Assembly (NCBI RefSeq): GCF_026571515.1
Contig: NW_026861498.1
Location: 62,001 to 126,000, forward strand
Direction: 5' to 3'
DNA: 64,000 nucleotides
Source of the DNA: Ruditapes philippinarum
Taxonomy: Eukaryota
Shown: positions 49,201 through 61,200 of the stretch, one piece after another
How positions within the stretch are numbered: position 1 is the first letter of the stretch
Layout: each line of letters opens with the position of its first letter
Made by a program: the position numbers and the translations under genes
The notes under the pieces: generated by a model
Databases searched by the model: none
Told to the model about the DNA's origin: nothing
The model's input: only the letters and a program-made list of their open reading frames with translations

Positions 49201-52200
49201 GAAGATTTGCTATTTATTTCTTTGGTTGTATCACAGTTTAAAGTATCGCTCAAAATTGATATGTACAAACGTCCTATTTCCTTTATTTCGACAACCATCT
49301 TTATTACCCCAATAAAATATAGCTCACTCTCCTGCGCATTGGTCCAATGTTCCACTTTTGTTCACTTTCTTACTATAAAATAACGGCAGTGCATTCAATT
49401 AAGTGCTAAGGGAGCGTAGTTTAAGCACATGATTAAGGATAAAATTTGCAAAATTGTTTATGGTTACACAGGAGATGTATTGCAGATACCAAGTTTGTGT
49501 TCAATAATTATTGATAATATTATATCTGATCACAATATGCTTGAACAAGTTTGATGTTAATCCTGGCGACTGTGCAAACCAAAGAAAAATAAAGTTTACT
49601 ATGTAAAGACTTTGATAAACAGGTACAAATATTTAGCGGTAGTGTCAAAGTTTCATTTAATGAATAAGAAGACTTATATGCTAAACATGTTGCATAGTAT
49701 TATAAGAATTCAAATATAATGCTGAAAATATTGAATTTCAGATTGCGGAGAAGTGAAAGTAATAAACAACGGAACAATTCTTTTAGATACCCCTGGTGTA
49801 ACGACGTACGATGCTTCTGCCTCAGTATCATGCGATCCTGGCTTCGAAGCTAGTTTAGAATCAATTAAATGCCAGTCAAATGGTGAATGGCAGGATACCA
49901 TTTGTACTCTCAAAGGTTGGAACCTTATTCATTTCTAATCTGAATCATCAAGTTATACAATATATATATTTATTGTCATTAACTACCGTGTTAGTAGATA
50001 TTGAGATCGTATTATTGACTGACAAGTAATGCATACTTGCAGTTTTTGAGGAAAAGTAACTACTAGAGATAAAATGATGGCAAATGCGATACCTTTTTTT
50101 ACATATTTTAAATTTATTTAAGTTCATAGTACATTTTTTCTGAATATAATGATTATATATTTTAGATTGCGGAGAACCAAATGCAATAGATAATGGTACT
50201 ATAACTGTAGTGGACAAAACAACCTATCAATCTACTGCATCCGTTACATGTGACCCTGGCTTTGACAGATCTGTGGAATCTATTTCATGCCAACAAGATA
50301 GAAAATGGGAATATGTTTCATGTGATATTAAAGGTATTGAACTCGATTTAATGTTCTTGATTTGTTTGCAATTTGTGTAGGCGGGATTTTCTATGGTTTT
50401 TATTAAATAAGGACAGTTGTGCATTGTTCTTGTTTTGTTTGTTGATCTAATATATTGTCTGAAAAATGTAACATTTCATATTTAGTTCAATAATGCTTTG
50501 GTATATTAGTAAGTTATAAATATCGTTATCTAAAAAAAATTGTGTTTTTTTTCAACCAGATGATTTTTTTTCTCTTTTTTTTTTCAAATACAAACTTTTC
50601 CAAAGTATAGATGCATATCATTCCGCTTATGCAAATCCCAAGCATAACTAGCATCAATGTCAAACAGACTTAGATGGAAAGGATAGGGTACCAAATATAC
50701 ACTAAGAGAAACGTAAAACTATAAATAATTTTCACTTTCAGACTGCGGAATACCTAATACAATTTCGAATGGTACCATCACTGCTAATGAAACAACGTAT
50801 AGTTCTTCAGCAATGGTTTCATGTGACGCTGGGTTTGATAAATCAAACGATGCTGTTACATGTCAGGCAAACGGTGAATGGGAAAGTGCTTCGTGTATAA
50901 TTAAAGGTATGTTTAGAATGCACAATTATAATAATTGTATTGTGTATAACTCACTTATATAAATACTTTGGTACAGAAGATATTTCAGTTTCATTTCTTT
51001 AATTTTAAATATGTAAATAAATATAATATTTCCCTTACTTTTCCGTAGGATAAGATCTCTTTACATATGCTCCATTTAATTTGTAAAAAAGGATTTTAGA
51101 CGATAAACTTAACTGATTTATTATGTGATCTAGTATCATATTCATTCAATTTTGCTGAGTTTGATATTCCCGATCTTAAATTAGAATGAGACTCATATTC
51201 AATGACCATACATCGTAGAATTTTAATTTCGAGCGCGCATAAAAATATAAGTGATACCTTTTGTTCTTTGTGACATATTTCTCGATTAAAATATCATTAC
51301 TTAAATAAGATAGTTAAATGTTACACAGCAATGTGAGTATAAACTTTTGATAGTCGTTAAACGCTTGAAGTCATCTTGTTTATATGCATCTTTTTTTCCT
51401 CGATTCTTTAAAAGTAGGTTTGTTTTGTTTTTCCCTCTTAGGCTTTTCTATGTGATTTTTTGTCTTTCTAAATTCTTACCTAATTATATACTTAAACAGT
51501 AATTGACTAGAGAGTAATAGATTATGATGTGATATTCACCGGCAGAACATCATATTGGCATCGGCTATCGCCTTTGTCATTATGTCATTTTGCCGGTTAA
51601 TATCACAATGTCATAACATTTTATGGCTCATTAGTCAGTAATTGTACAATATGGGACTGTAAATGTTTGTTTGTATATCATTTTTTAAAAGTTCTTTAAA
51701 TGTTCCTAAAATACATTTCAGATTGCAGGCAGCCACGAACAATAGATAATGGAAACATCCAAGTTATCGGTAAAACTACGTATCTTTCTAAGGCAACCGT
51801 GTCATGTGACATTGGATATGACTTGACACCTGTTTCAGCGTCCATAATGTGTAAGGCAGACGGTGAATGGGAGGATACATCTTGCACGATAAAAGGTGTG
51901 CCATTATATGAATTTAAAATTAGTCCAATCATGGAGGAAAATATAAAAAAATGATAAATGACTGTTTTCATAAAATTCCATAATCTCAACCCTAACTTCA
52001 CATCATTTGATGGGAAATAAAGATTAATAATTAAAGTTTTTCAGGTAAAATTTAAGAGTCAGGCTGTCCGTATGCTTAGGCTCCAGTAAGGTAATAGTTA
52101 AATTATGTTATCCAATTAAATGATTACTCAACAAGTATTGTTATGAAGTAAAACTCTGGGGTAAATAGATTTTTTTTTTTTTTCAAATTTAAAACCATTT

Positions 52201-55200
52201 TCAACTCATTTTCGTTCATGTACAACACTGATTGAATTTTTTTGTAAAAGGAATAAACTAAAGTTTAAGGTTTATAATTTAATTTGTATATGTAAGTATT
52301 TTTTTCTTCGTTTGTAAAGTATTGTATGTATCATTTGCGCAAGTATTTTGAAAAAAGCAATGTATAACTGCCTATGCGTTAGTAGGTAATACGGTACGTG
52401 GTAGTGCTTAGTGTTCTTAAAAATGACTGTCTGCACAATTTCGATTTTAGAATGACATTTGGTCAAACGCACTTTGATATAATGTGTGTCCTTATACAGT
52501 ATATCTTAAGACTCGGTAGGAGATACGTTTATCACAAAATTCAACTTCAGATTGTGGAAGTTTGAGTACAATAGACTATGGCAAGATTACTCTAGATGTT
52601 TCTGGAAACACTACATACCTTTCAACAGCGTCAGTTACATGTAACGTGGGATATGTTGAGTCAGTTGCCACCATTTTATGTCAGGCAAACGGTCAATGGC
52701 AAGTCGCTTCTTGTAAAATCAAAGGTAAATGTATATTAACGTTGTAGAATTACATATATTATAATTATGAATACTTGAGATGTTTCATTTATATCATTTG
52801 TACTATGTTCAATATTATATGTTGATTTCAGATAGTGTTAGGTAAATACGATTTTTATTGAAGCCGTCGTAAAATTCATTAGAAATTCATTGAGACAGGA
52901 ACTTTTCAAATACGCAGTTGGAAGTAAACATAATTCTTGCTTTTCAATGTATGCGGATGCAATTTATTCGAATGCCAAACATTATCATATATTATAAAGT
53001 AATTTCAGTAAACAGATGTAACATTTCAAAAAAGTAAAACGTAAACTCAAACGTCAAACGTGAAAATGTTAAATGAGTTTGTTGGAAAATGTAAGCTACC
53101 GTCCATGTTCCCGTAGCTCTTACTTAAGCATAATTCAACATTTAACATGAAATTGTAAAATACTGAATTTAGAGAAAGCCGCAAAAGTGTTTATTCGGCG
53201 GTCATCAAACTAAAGATAGTGCACATTTTTTACCTTTTATGATAGCCCCACATTTTACGAAGTATATTTTCATGTACTTTGGTGAATAAAAGATCTGTTC
53301 TAAAACACTCACTTACTTATATTTAGAAACAGTTACTATATGAACAAAGGCTCATACTCATACTAAAAATGTACATGTAATGGACCCTACTTACAATTGT
53401 TATAGGTGACAGTTATTAGCAGTGTCTAAACTGATATTAAACAATTTGCAAAATTATTTTGATTTAGATTGTAATACACCCAACACAATAAACAACGGAA
53501 GCATACAATTAGATGTGTCTGACTCGACAACATATGGTTCTACAGCAAGTGTTTCGTGTGATACTGGATTTGACAGATCAAGAGCATCCATATCTTGCCT
53601 TGCAAGTGGAGAATGGCAAAATGCAACATGTACTATAAGAGGTAAGAACACATAATGTATTTCATTGACATATTGTTGTGTATAACTCTGTTACACATTA
53701 GTCAAGATGTACTAGTAATAAGCCCCGCCTACTAACCTTATCTAAACACGCCACGCTCTGTATCAAATCAGTTAATAAATGATAATTCAGCAATATAGAC
53801 TGTTACTGCTTTATAGAAAACACAATAACTATATTTTGCACGTAGATGTTAAATTAAATAACCATTTATGAGACTTTATTTGAAATGGGAAAACAAGTTC
53901 ATTTATGTTTTTGCATGGTTGATTTTTTGTTAAGATATATTCAACAATTAATATGCTTACGGATAATGTGTGACTTCATAACCTCTGATCCCCTTTCAAA
54001 ATTCCATTTTATTTAGTTCCGCCCATGGTTTCTCGTTTAGGGCACACGCTTTTTATTACTTGGGGACCATATGCCGCTTTTCATGGAATGGCATGGAAGT
54101 GTCACATTGAAGGTTCCATGATAACCGCCGTATGACTACATCTGCGGATGTTTCTAAATTCAAAATTTTACCATTTCATGTTTAAATGTTGAATTCTGCT
54201 TAAGCCAGTGCTAGGGGGCGTGGACGGTAACTTGCATTTTCCAATACCGTCCATGAACAGGCTCAATCAAACCGAGCCTGCAACATTTTCAATTTTGCCG
54301 TGTTGGGCTTTCTTTAGGGATTCTATTTTTATCTATTTTAAGTGATCCTGTAATATGTACTAATATTCGTGTAAAAAACGTGTCATTATTCTCTTTTTCA
54401 TTTGAAGACTGTGGTGATCTTTATCAAATACGCAATGGTAGTATTAAACTGGATATTTCTGGTAAAAGTATTTACCTATCGAAAGCGTCTGTGACATGTG
54501 ACCTTGGTTTTGATCCTTCAAATGAGTCCATATCCTGTCAGGCCGATGGTACATGGCAAAATGCAACATGTGTTATCAAAGGTACAAATGTTAACAATAA
54601 TATACAATAAAAAAGTATTCAGAGTACATTTCTATATGACTTTCCAGCTTTAAATATGTAAGAACGTAACTGACCATAATAAGTAATGCTTATTGTATGA
54701 ATTAGGCTAGTACAAACTGTTTGATATAAGATACATGATGTATAGTGTATAATGTTGAACCATTAAAACATAAAAATGCTTAACCACTTAAACATAATTT
54801 TATCATTTCCGTATGAATCATGTTTTAATTAATGCTTTTTCGTCATCTAAATGTCTACTCTTCTTTTACTATCCAACAACTTTGAGGGTAACACAGTCAT
54901 GATATATAATTCATGTTTTTTTCTTAACACTGAAGATTGCGGTGCACCTGGACCAATAGACAACGGGAATATAACTGAAGCAGTTATAGGTGAAACAACG
55001 TTATTTTCAAAAGCAATAGTATCATGTGACACTGGATATAACAAAACTTCAAGTTCAGTTACATGTCAACCAGATGGATTGTGGTCAGAAGTGTTTTGTA
55101 ATATTACAGGTAAAACGAGCGAGTTAATACATTATAATATTTTAGAGAAAAAGCAAAACATTGAATCTAATTGATAACGTTTTTTTGTGTGCGTGTGTCC

Positions 55201-58200
55201 ATAAGCAAGTTTGCACACTGCTGCATGCAACGCATCATTTTACATTATATTTAAAGGGATTAAATATAATATGTTCTTTCTTGTTAGGATATGACTGTAG
55301 TACATTCAGTTATTCATGTACAATTTATTCTGAATTAAAATAACATATTCAAAATTCACAACTTGTTAAATAATACTACACTAACATATATCTTTTATTT
55401 AAGATTGTGGGGACACAGGGTCGATTTTAAATGGGAGCATAACCTTAGATGTGCCTGGCAAAACAATATATCAATCTACAGCATCTATATCATGTGAAAC
55501 TGGTTTCAACCGGTCAACAGCAACAATTTCTTGTCAGTCAAATGGCGACTGGCAAGAAGCTTTTTGCATAATCAAAGGTGATAAACAAAAATTTCTTTTG
55601 TCAAAGTAAATTATTTTATTGTAGAGTCCATTGATGAAATTGTAATGTATGTGCTATATCATTTCGGTTTGCGGTAAATTTAATTAACACTCCTTATTGA
55701 AAACTGAAATAGTAAATGAGAACTAACTTTGAGTTTTTGATAATGAGTATATGATGCATTCGTTTGTTAGCTGATTTATTTACGATTGTTAAGCATCTTT
55801 TACGCATTTACGCAAAAGTTTTGCATTTTTTCCATGAAAATTAATAACACAATTCATTAGATGTACATTAATATATAACTTTTGTCCTTGAATAAATGTT
55901 ATGATGAATGCATAGCTGACAATACTATAATTAATCTTACACAAGCACATGACGAGAGTGTGATTCTTGTCAAAGTAAATTTTGTATGAACAAAAATCAT
56001 TGATTCATTTACAAGAATTGTTTTAACAATATATAGATTGTGGTGTCCCAAATAAAATAAACAACGGCTCCGTTACTGAAGATGTCGCCGGTAAAACATT
56101 TTATCTTTCCACTGCAAAAGTGTCATGTGACACGGGGTTTGACTCGTCAACAGATTCAATAATGTGTCAGGCAGACGGTACCTGGCAAGAAGCTTCTTGT
56201 AAAATTAGAGGTGTGTTCCCAACTGTATTAGTTTATCTTTAAATGGATAAGTAGTATACGGAAATCGTTTATAATAAAAAAAACAAGTTCAATTAATGTA
56301 CAACATTACTGACTGATATATGATAGAAAATGTACAAAAATTAACTTGAAATAAAAGAAAATTTTAAAAAACGCATTTCACACGTTTGATACAGTAAGAG
56401 AAAATATATACACTAAAATGTAACAACAGATGTGCTGCCTGAATAAACATACCAGTTAGTTATATGTATTTGAATCACTTCGTATTAAATCCATTCATAT
56501 ATGTTTCCAATTAGACTGTGGGGAATTAAATACCACTATAGAACATGGGACAATTACTATCAACGAGGATGGAAAGACAACATTTCGTTCTACTGCATCA
56601 GTAACTTGTGATATTGGTTTCTATCCAACGATTGATACAATAAAATGTCAATCAGATGGCTCGTGGGAAATTGTTAACTGTGTCAAAACAGGTATTTGTC
56701 ATTATTGTGATAAAATTTATACTTTTATTTATGGTCATATTAAATTAAAAATGCTGAATTTCAATTCCAAAATACCGAAATTGAAATACTAACAATAAAC
56801 AAGGGGTGAGCGGTGACCAAGTGGTCAATGTGTCTGATTCTAAACCCTGGGACCATGAGTTCGAGCAAAATTCGGGTCACGGACATGTTTTTTCATAGGA
56901 CACCAACAGTTAGTTCTAGACAGCTGACCCGACAGTGATTAGTATAAATTGCAATTAGTTGCAAAAATACTAGTTTCGAAACCGAGCTCAAGTAAATATG
57001 TTTCAGCTAAAAGTAAAGAACTTTGTCAGACTGCAAACTGACATGGTTCTATACTGGTGGTAATATTCAAGAGAAAGAGTGATCCCTCTTTCATTTTCGG
57101 TTCCAACAGCTTTAGTGTTAAAACAATTGGATAAGGAGTCCTGTAAATAATTCATCGTGCAACACTGTCTAAGGTTAGGAGAAAATAAAATCGTCTAAAG
57201 TTACATAATAACTAGGATTTGTTTATGAAACGTACAATGTATACCTACTAGGTAGATATACAAACGCATGTCGACATACAATGCATTTATTATCACTTGT
57301 TGGATTAAAGCTGAGAACGAACGTAGTATATGAAGTTGATTTGCATATTACATTTCTGTTTAAATTCATGAAAATGAATAAAGAATTTGATTCATGTATC
57401 ACTAAATGTAACATGCTTTCTATAGATATTAAAGTATATTGTCATTTTTACAAGTATCCGTAATCGACCACCTTTTAAAAGTTAAATAATTTTATGATTC
57501 TTAAAATAGTATTTGTTAAAATATATCTTGTTGCTGATGCCTTTATATAGAGACAAAGATAACAAAGATAGGTAATTTCCTAGCCAGTTATGATATAAAG
57601 ATGCTTGCTAAGCTAAAACCTATGGCAAGTAGAAATTACTAACTAGATATCAAATCATCCCCCATAATACGTTTCCTGAAAGCTTATACATTCATTCTTT
57701 ACCTAAGATAAAAATATTTTTAGGTCCCATTTAAATAAATGATACATCTTTTTTTCTGAATGGAACTACTTAATTATTAACTTTTGTTACATTACTACGA
57801 ATATGATGAAAAACTGGCTCAGTGGGTATTTTCTGCTACGATATTTTAGGTGAAAGGCATACTGGCATGCGAGCAGTTCCCGTACAAAAATCGTAGTTAC
57901 TTAAACATTATTTTTTATTACGCGCACTCACCAAAATTTGAATGTTACACATCAATATTCGGCTCGTCACACAAATCATGGAAATTCCATCATGTTCAAA
58001 ACATAGAATAACCCTTAGTTATGAGGCCTCATATGGGGTACCGAAATTATCAATTATTTTGTATGAAGAGAAGTAGTTCCCGTACATAAAATTTAATCCA
58101 TTATAATTATACAATTTTATCATATCGGACCTATTTTTCATTTATAATTGTTGAACAGACCATTTACTAAGAGATAAATAGATGTTATTCAGGAAATAGA

Positions 58201-61200
58201 AAGTAGACTAAACGCGTGTATCTATTACCCGGTACCGTTACCCCCAACGCATTCACATGCAATTGCATGCTTGTATGCATGATATTTTACGCATCAAAGC
58301 CATACAATTACTTTATATAGTAATATTAGTCAAAATTTTGATAATTAAACAAGTTTTCATCACATTGCCTTCTTATCTGTAAACAGGTGGTATTAGTGGA
58401 AAACCCTTTAACATGCCTCACGTGTAAGTATGTTTGCGCATGCGCGCAAGGACGGAATTCCCCAGATAAAACAAGGTCACGTTTTGACAACGCACAGGTG
58501 AAAGTGATTTAAAATGAGACTTTTTATACGTACTGCCGAACTGAGGCTTAGATTTCGTCTCGTTTATGTATCTGCTTGATTCGAAATGAATTTTTGAAAA
58601 ATGCATGTAAAAATCAAGCGTTTAAATGAAAAATACGGGTACTGCTTCTGTACGGGAACTGCTCGCATGCCAGTAGAAATAGTTTAACATGCAGCAATAG
58701 ATCAAAGTTATAACTTTCATATGATGTATACAGTTAATATAAATGAATTAAATCTACTCCCATTAAGTTTTAATCGCTACAACATGCTTACTCTTTCACT
58801 TATGGATATGAGTGATATTTATATGGATTATAGAGGAGCTGCTTATCTCTTTAATCTTCAGCTCTGCTTTACATAAACATGGGTGCATTTGGAATTGACA
58901 TTGCTTGAATTTTATTAATATAGAAAATGTCCTGTTATGGACTGAAAATTGTTATTCAACATTGTTTGTTCACACAATTTGCTGCAAATTTATTTCTTAT
59001 TTGTTCTTAGATTGCGGAACACCACCGTCGATAGAAAATGGAAGAATTGTTCTTGAAAAGGAAGCCGGCACGGTATTTGTATCCAAAGCGAACGTAGAAT
59101 GTGATATTGGCTTTACTCCGAAACCCTCCGTAATATCTTGCCAAGCAGATGGTTTATGGGAAAATTCATCCTGTGAAATTAATGGTATCCCTTTATTTCT
59201 AATTCATTAAAACAATAATGTGACGGAAAGTACGGAAAAATATCCATTAGAGCTATTATATAGAAAATATGTATATAGTTGGAATTTATGTTTCAAATTA
59301 GCACTAACTAATTATCGCCCACAAGTTTAATGATATGAAATTTATTTCAATAAGCTTTTTTGTAGATTGCGGGATGCCTAGTCAAATTGCAAATGGAAGT
59401 ATTAAGTTGGATTCTTCTGGAGAAACAACATATCGTTCTACTGCAACAATAACTTGTGATACTGGTTTCGAAACATCCGATGATTCGATATCTTGCCAAG
59501 CTGACGGTTCATGGGAAGAAGAATCATGCAAAATAAAAGGTATTTCATTATGAAATTCCATTTCTTGTTTAAATATTATTTTGCTTTCTTAAAAAATAAT
59601 GTATCCTTTTGTCTCCTTTTTGTTTTCTCAATTCACATGGTTTCTAGCTAAAACCAATAATTTACCCAACTCATTTACCATTATCTATACTGTCTTGGTG
59701 TATTATTTTATATACCGGTAGTTTAGCCTTAGTGTGTAGATGAATCGCACTTGGCACATGTGGCTGTGCCGATCTTAGAAAAAAAAACACTACAAATAAT
59801 AATTCAAAATTTTGTAATGAAAAACGCATGTCATTACATAGTATATATCTTTAAAATTAAATAATGTTTACAATAAGCTAACTTATGGATTTCTTTTTTT
59901 TATGTCAACGATGAATATGAATTATTTATAACTAGTTTAATTTTATGTAATTTATACAGATTGCGGAGCTCCCAAGCTAATAAACAATGGTGAAGTTAAT
60001 CTTGATATTCCTGAAAAATCGACCTATCTTTCCAAGGCCACAGTAACTTGTGACCACGGTTTTAATACATCAACCGACACTCTAATATGTCAAGCTAACG
60101 GTTTGTGGCAAGATACCGCTTGCATTATAATTGGTAACTTTTTACAGAAATTCATATTTTAATAGTAAATTAATCTTTGAATACTTGGCTGAAGGATTTA
60201 TTAATTTTGTTTCACATTTGGATGTACTTTGAGTATAAAATCATGATTTTACAATGAATACTTTTCATATAGCAATTGTTACCTCCCCTGGCCGCCAATT
60301 TTGGAATCATCTCCAATATGTATCATATGCTTAACATAATTATAGCATCTTCATGAAAACTGATATTATATTATATTATATTATATATAATTATAAGGAA
60401 TTTAGTTTTTAAATAAACACGTACTGATTACCGCCAAAAAGTATACACGAGGTTTATTTCAATAACCATTTTGTAGATTGCGGGATGCCTAGTAAAATTG
60501 CAAATGGAAGTATTAAGTTGGATTCTTCTGGAGAAACAACATATCGTTCTACTGCAACAATAACTTGTGATACTGGTTTCGAAACATCCGATGATTCGAT
60601 ATCTTGCCAAGCTGACGGTTCATGGGAAGAAGCATCATGTAAAATAAAAGGTATTTCATTATGAAATTCCATTTCTTGTTTAAATATTATTTTGCTTTCT
60701 TAAAAAATACGGTATCCTTTCCCACACAATAAATTAAAGTTTTCCTTTTCTTCACTCCTTTTTCTTCACTCAATTCACATGGTTTCCAGCTGAATTTAAT
60801 AATTCACTAAAATAACTCTATATATATTTACAATAATCTTTACTGTCTTTGTGAATTATTTCATATAGTTTAGCCTAAGAGTGTAGATGACCCGCACGTA
60901 ATACCTGTGGATCTGTCGATATAAAAAGAATCAACTGATAACAATTCAAAACGCAGTGCAACATTTTGTAATCAGATAGTATATGAAAACCATAAGACAT
61001 TTATTTCTTTAACTAAATGTTTTAATTCAGAATGTGGAATTCCTGAACAAATACACAATGGTATCATTTTATTGGACAATCCAGCTGAAAGTCACTATCT
61101 TTCCATGGCAACAGTATCATGTAATACAGGATTCAAGGTGACCTCGGCTTCAATAACATGCCAAGCTAATGGTCAGTGGCAAGACGCGTCTTGTATGATT

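Noticed and set aside
56803-56880. Possible tRNA gene (also about 6250-6290)
   Set aside because: A/B boxes are present, but there is no complete cloverleaf and the sequence continues into a SINE-like body.
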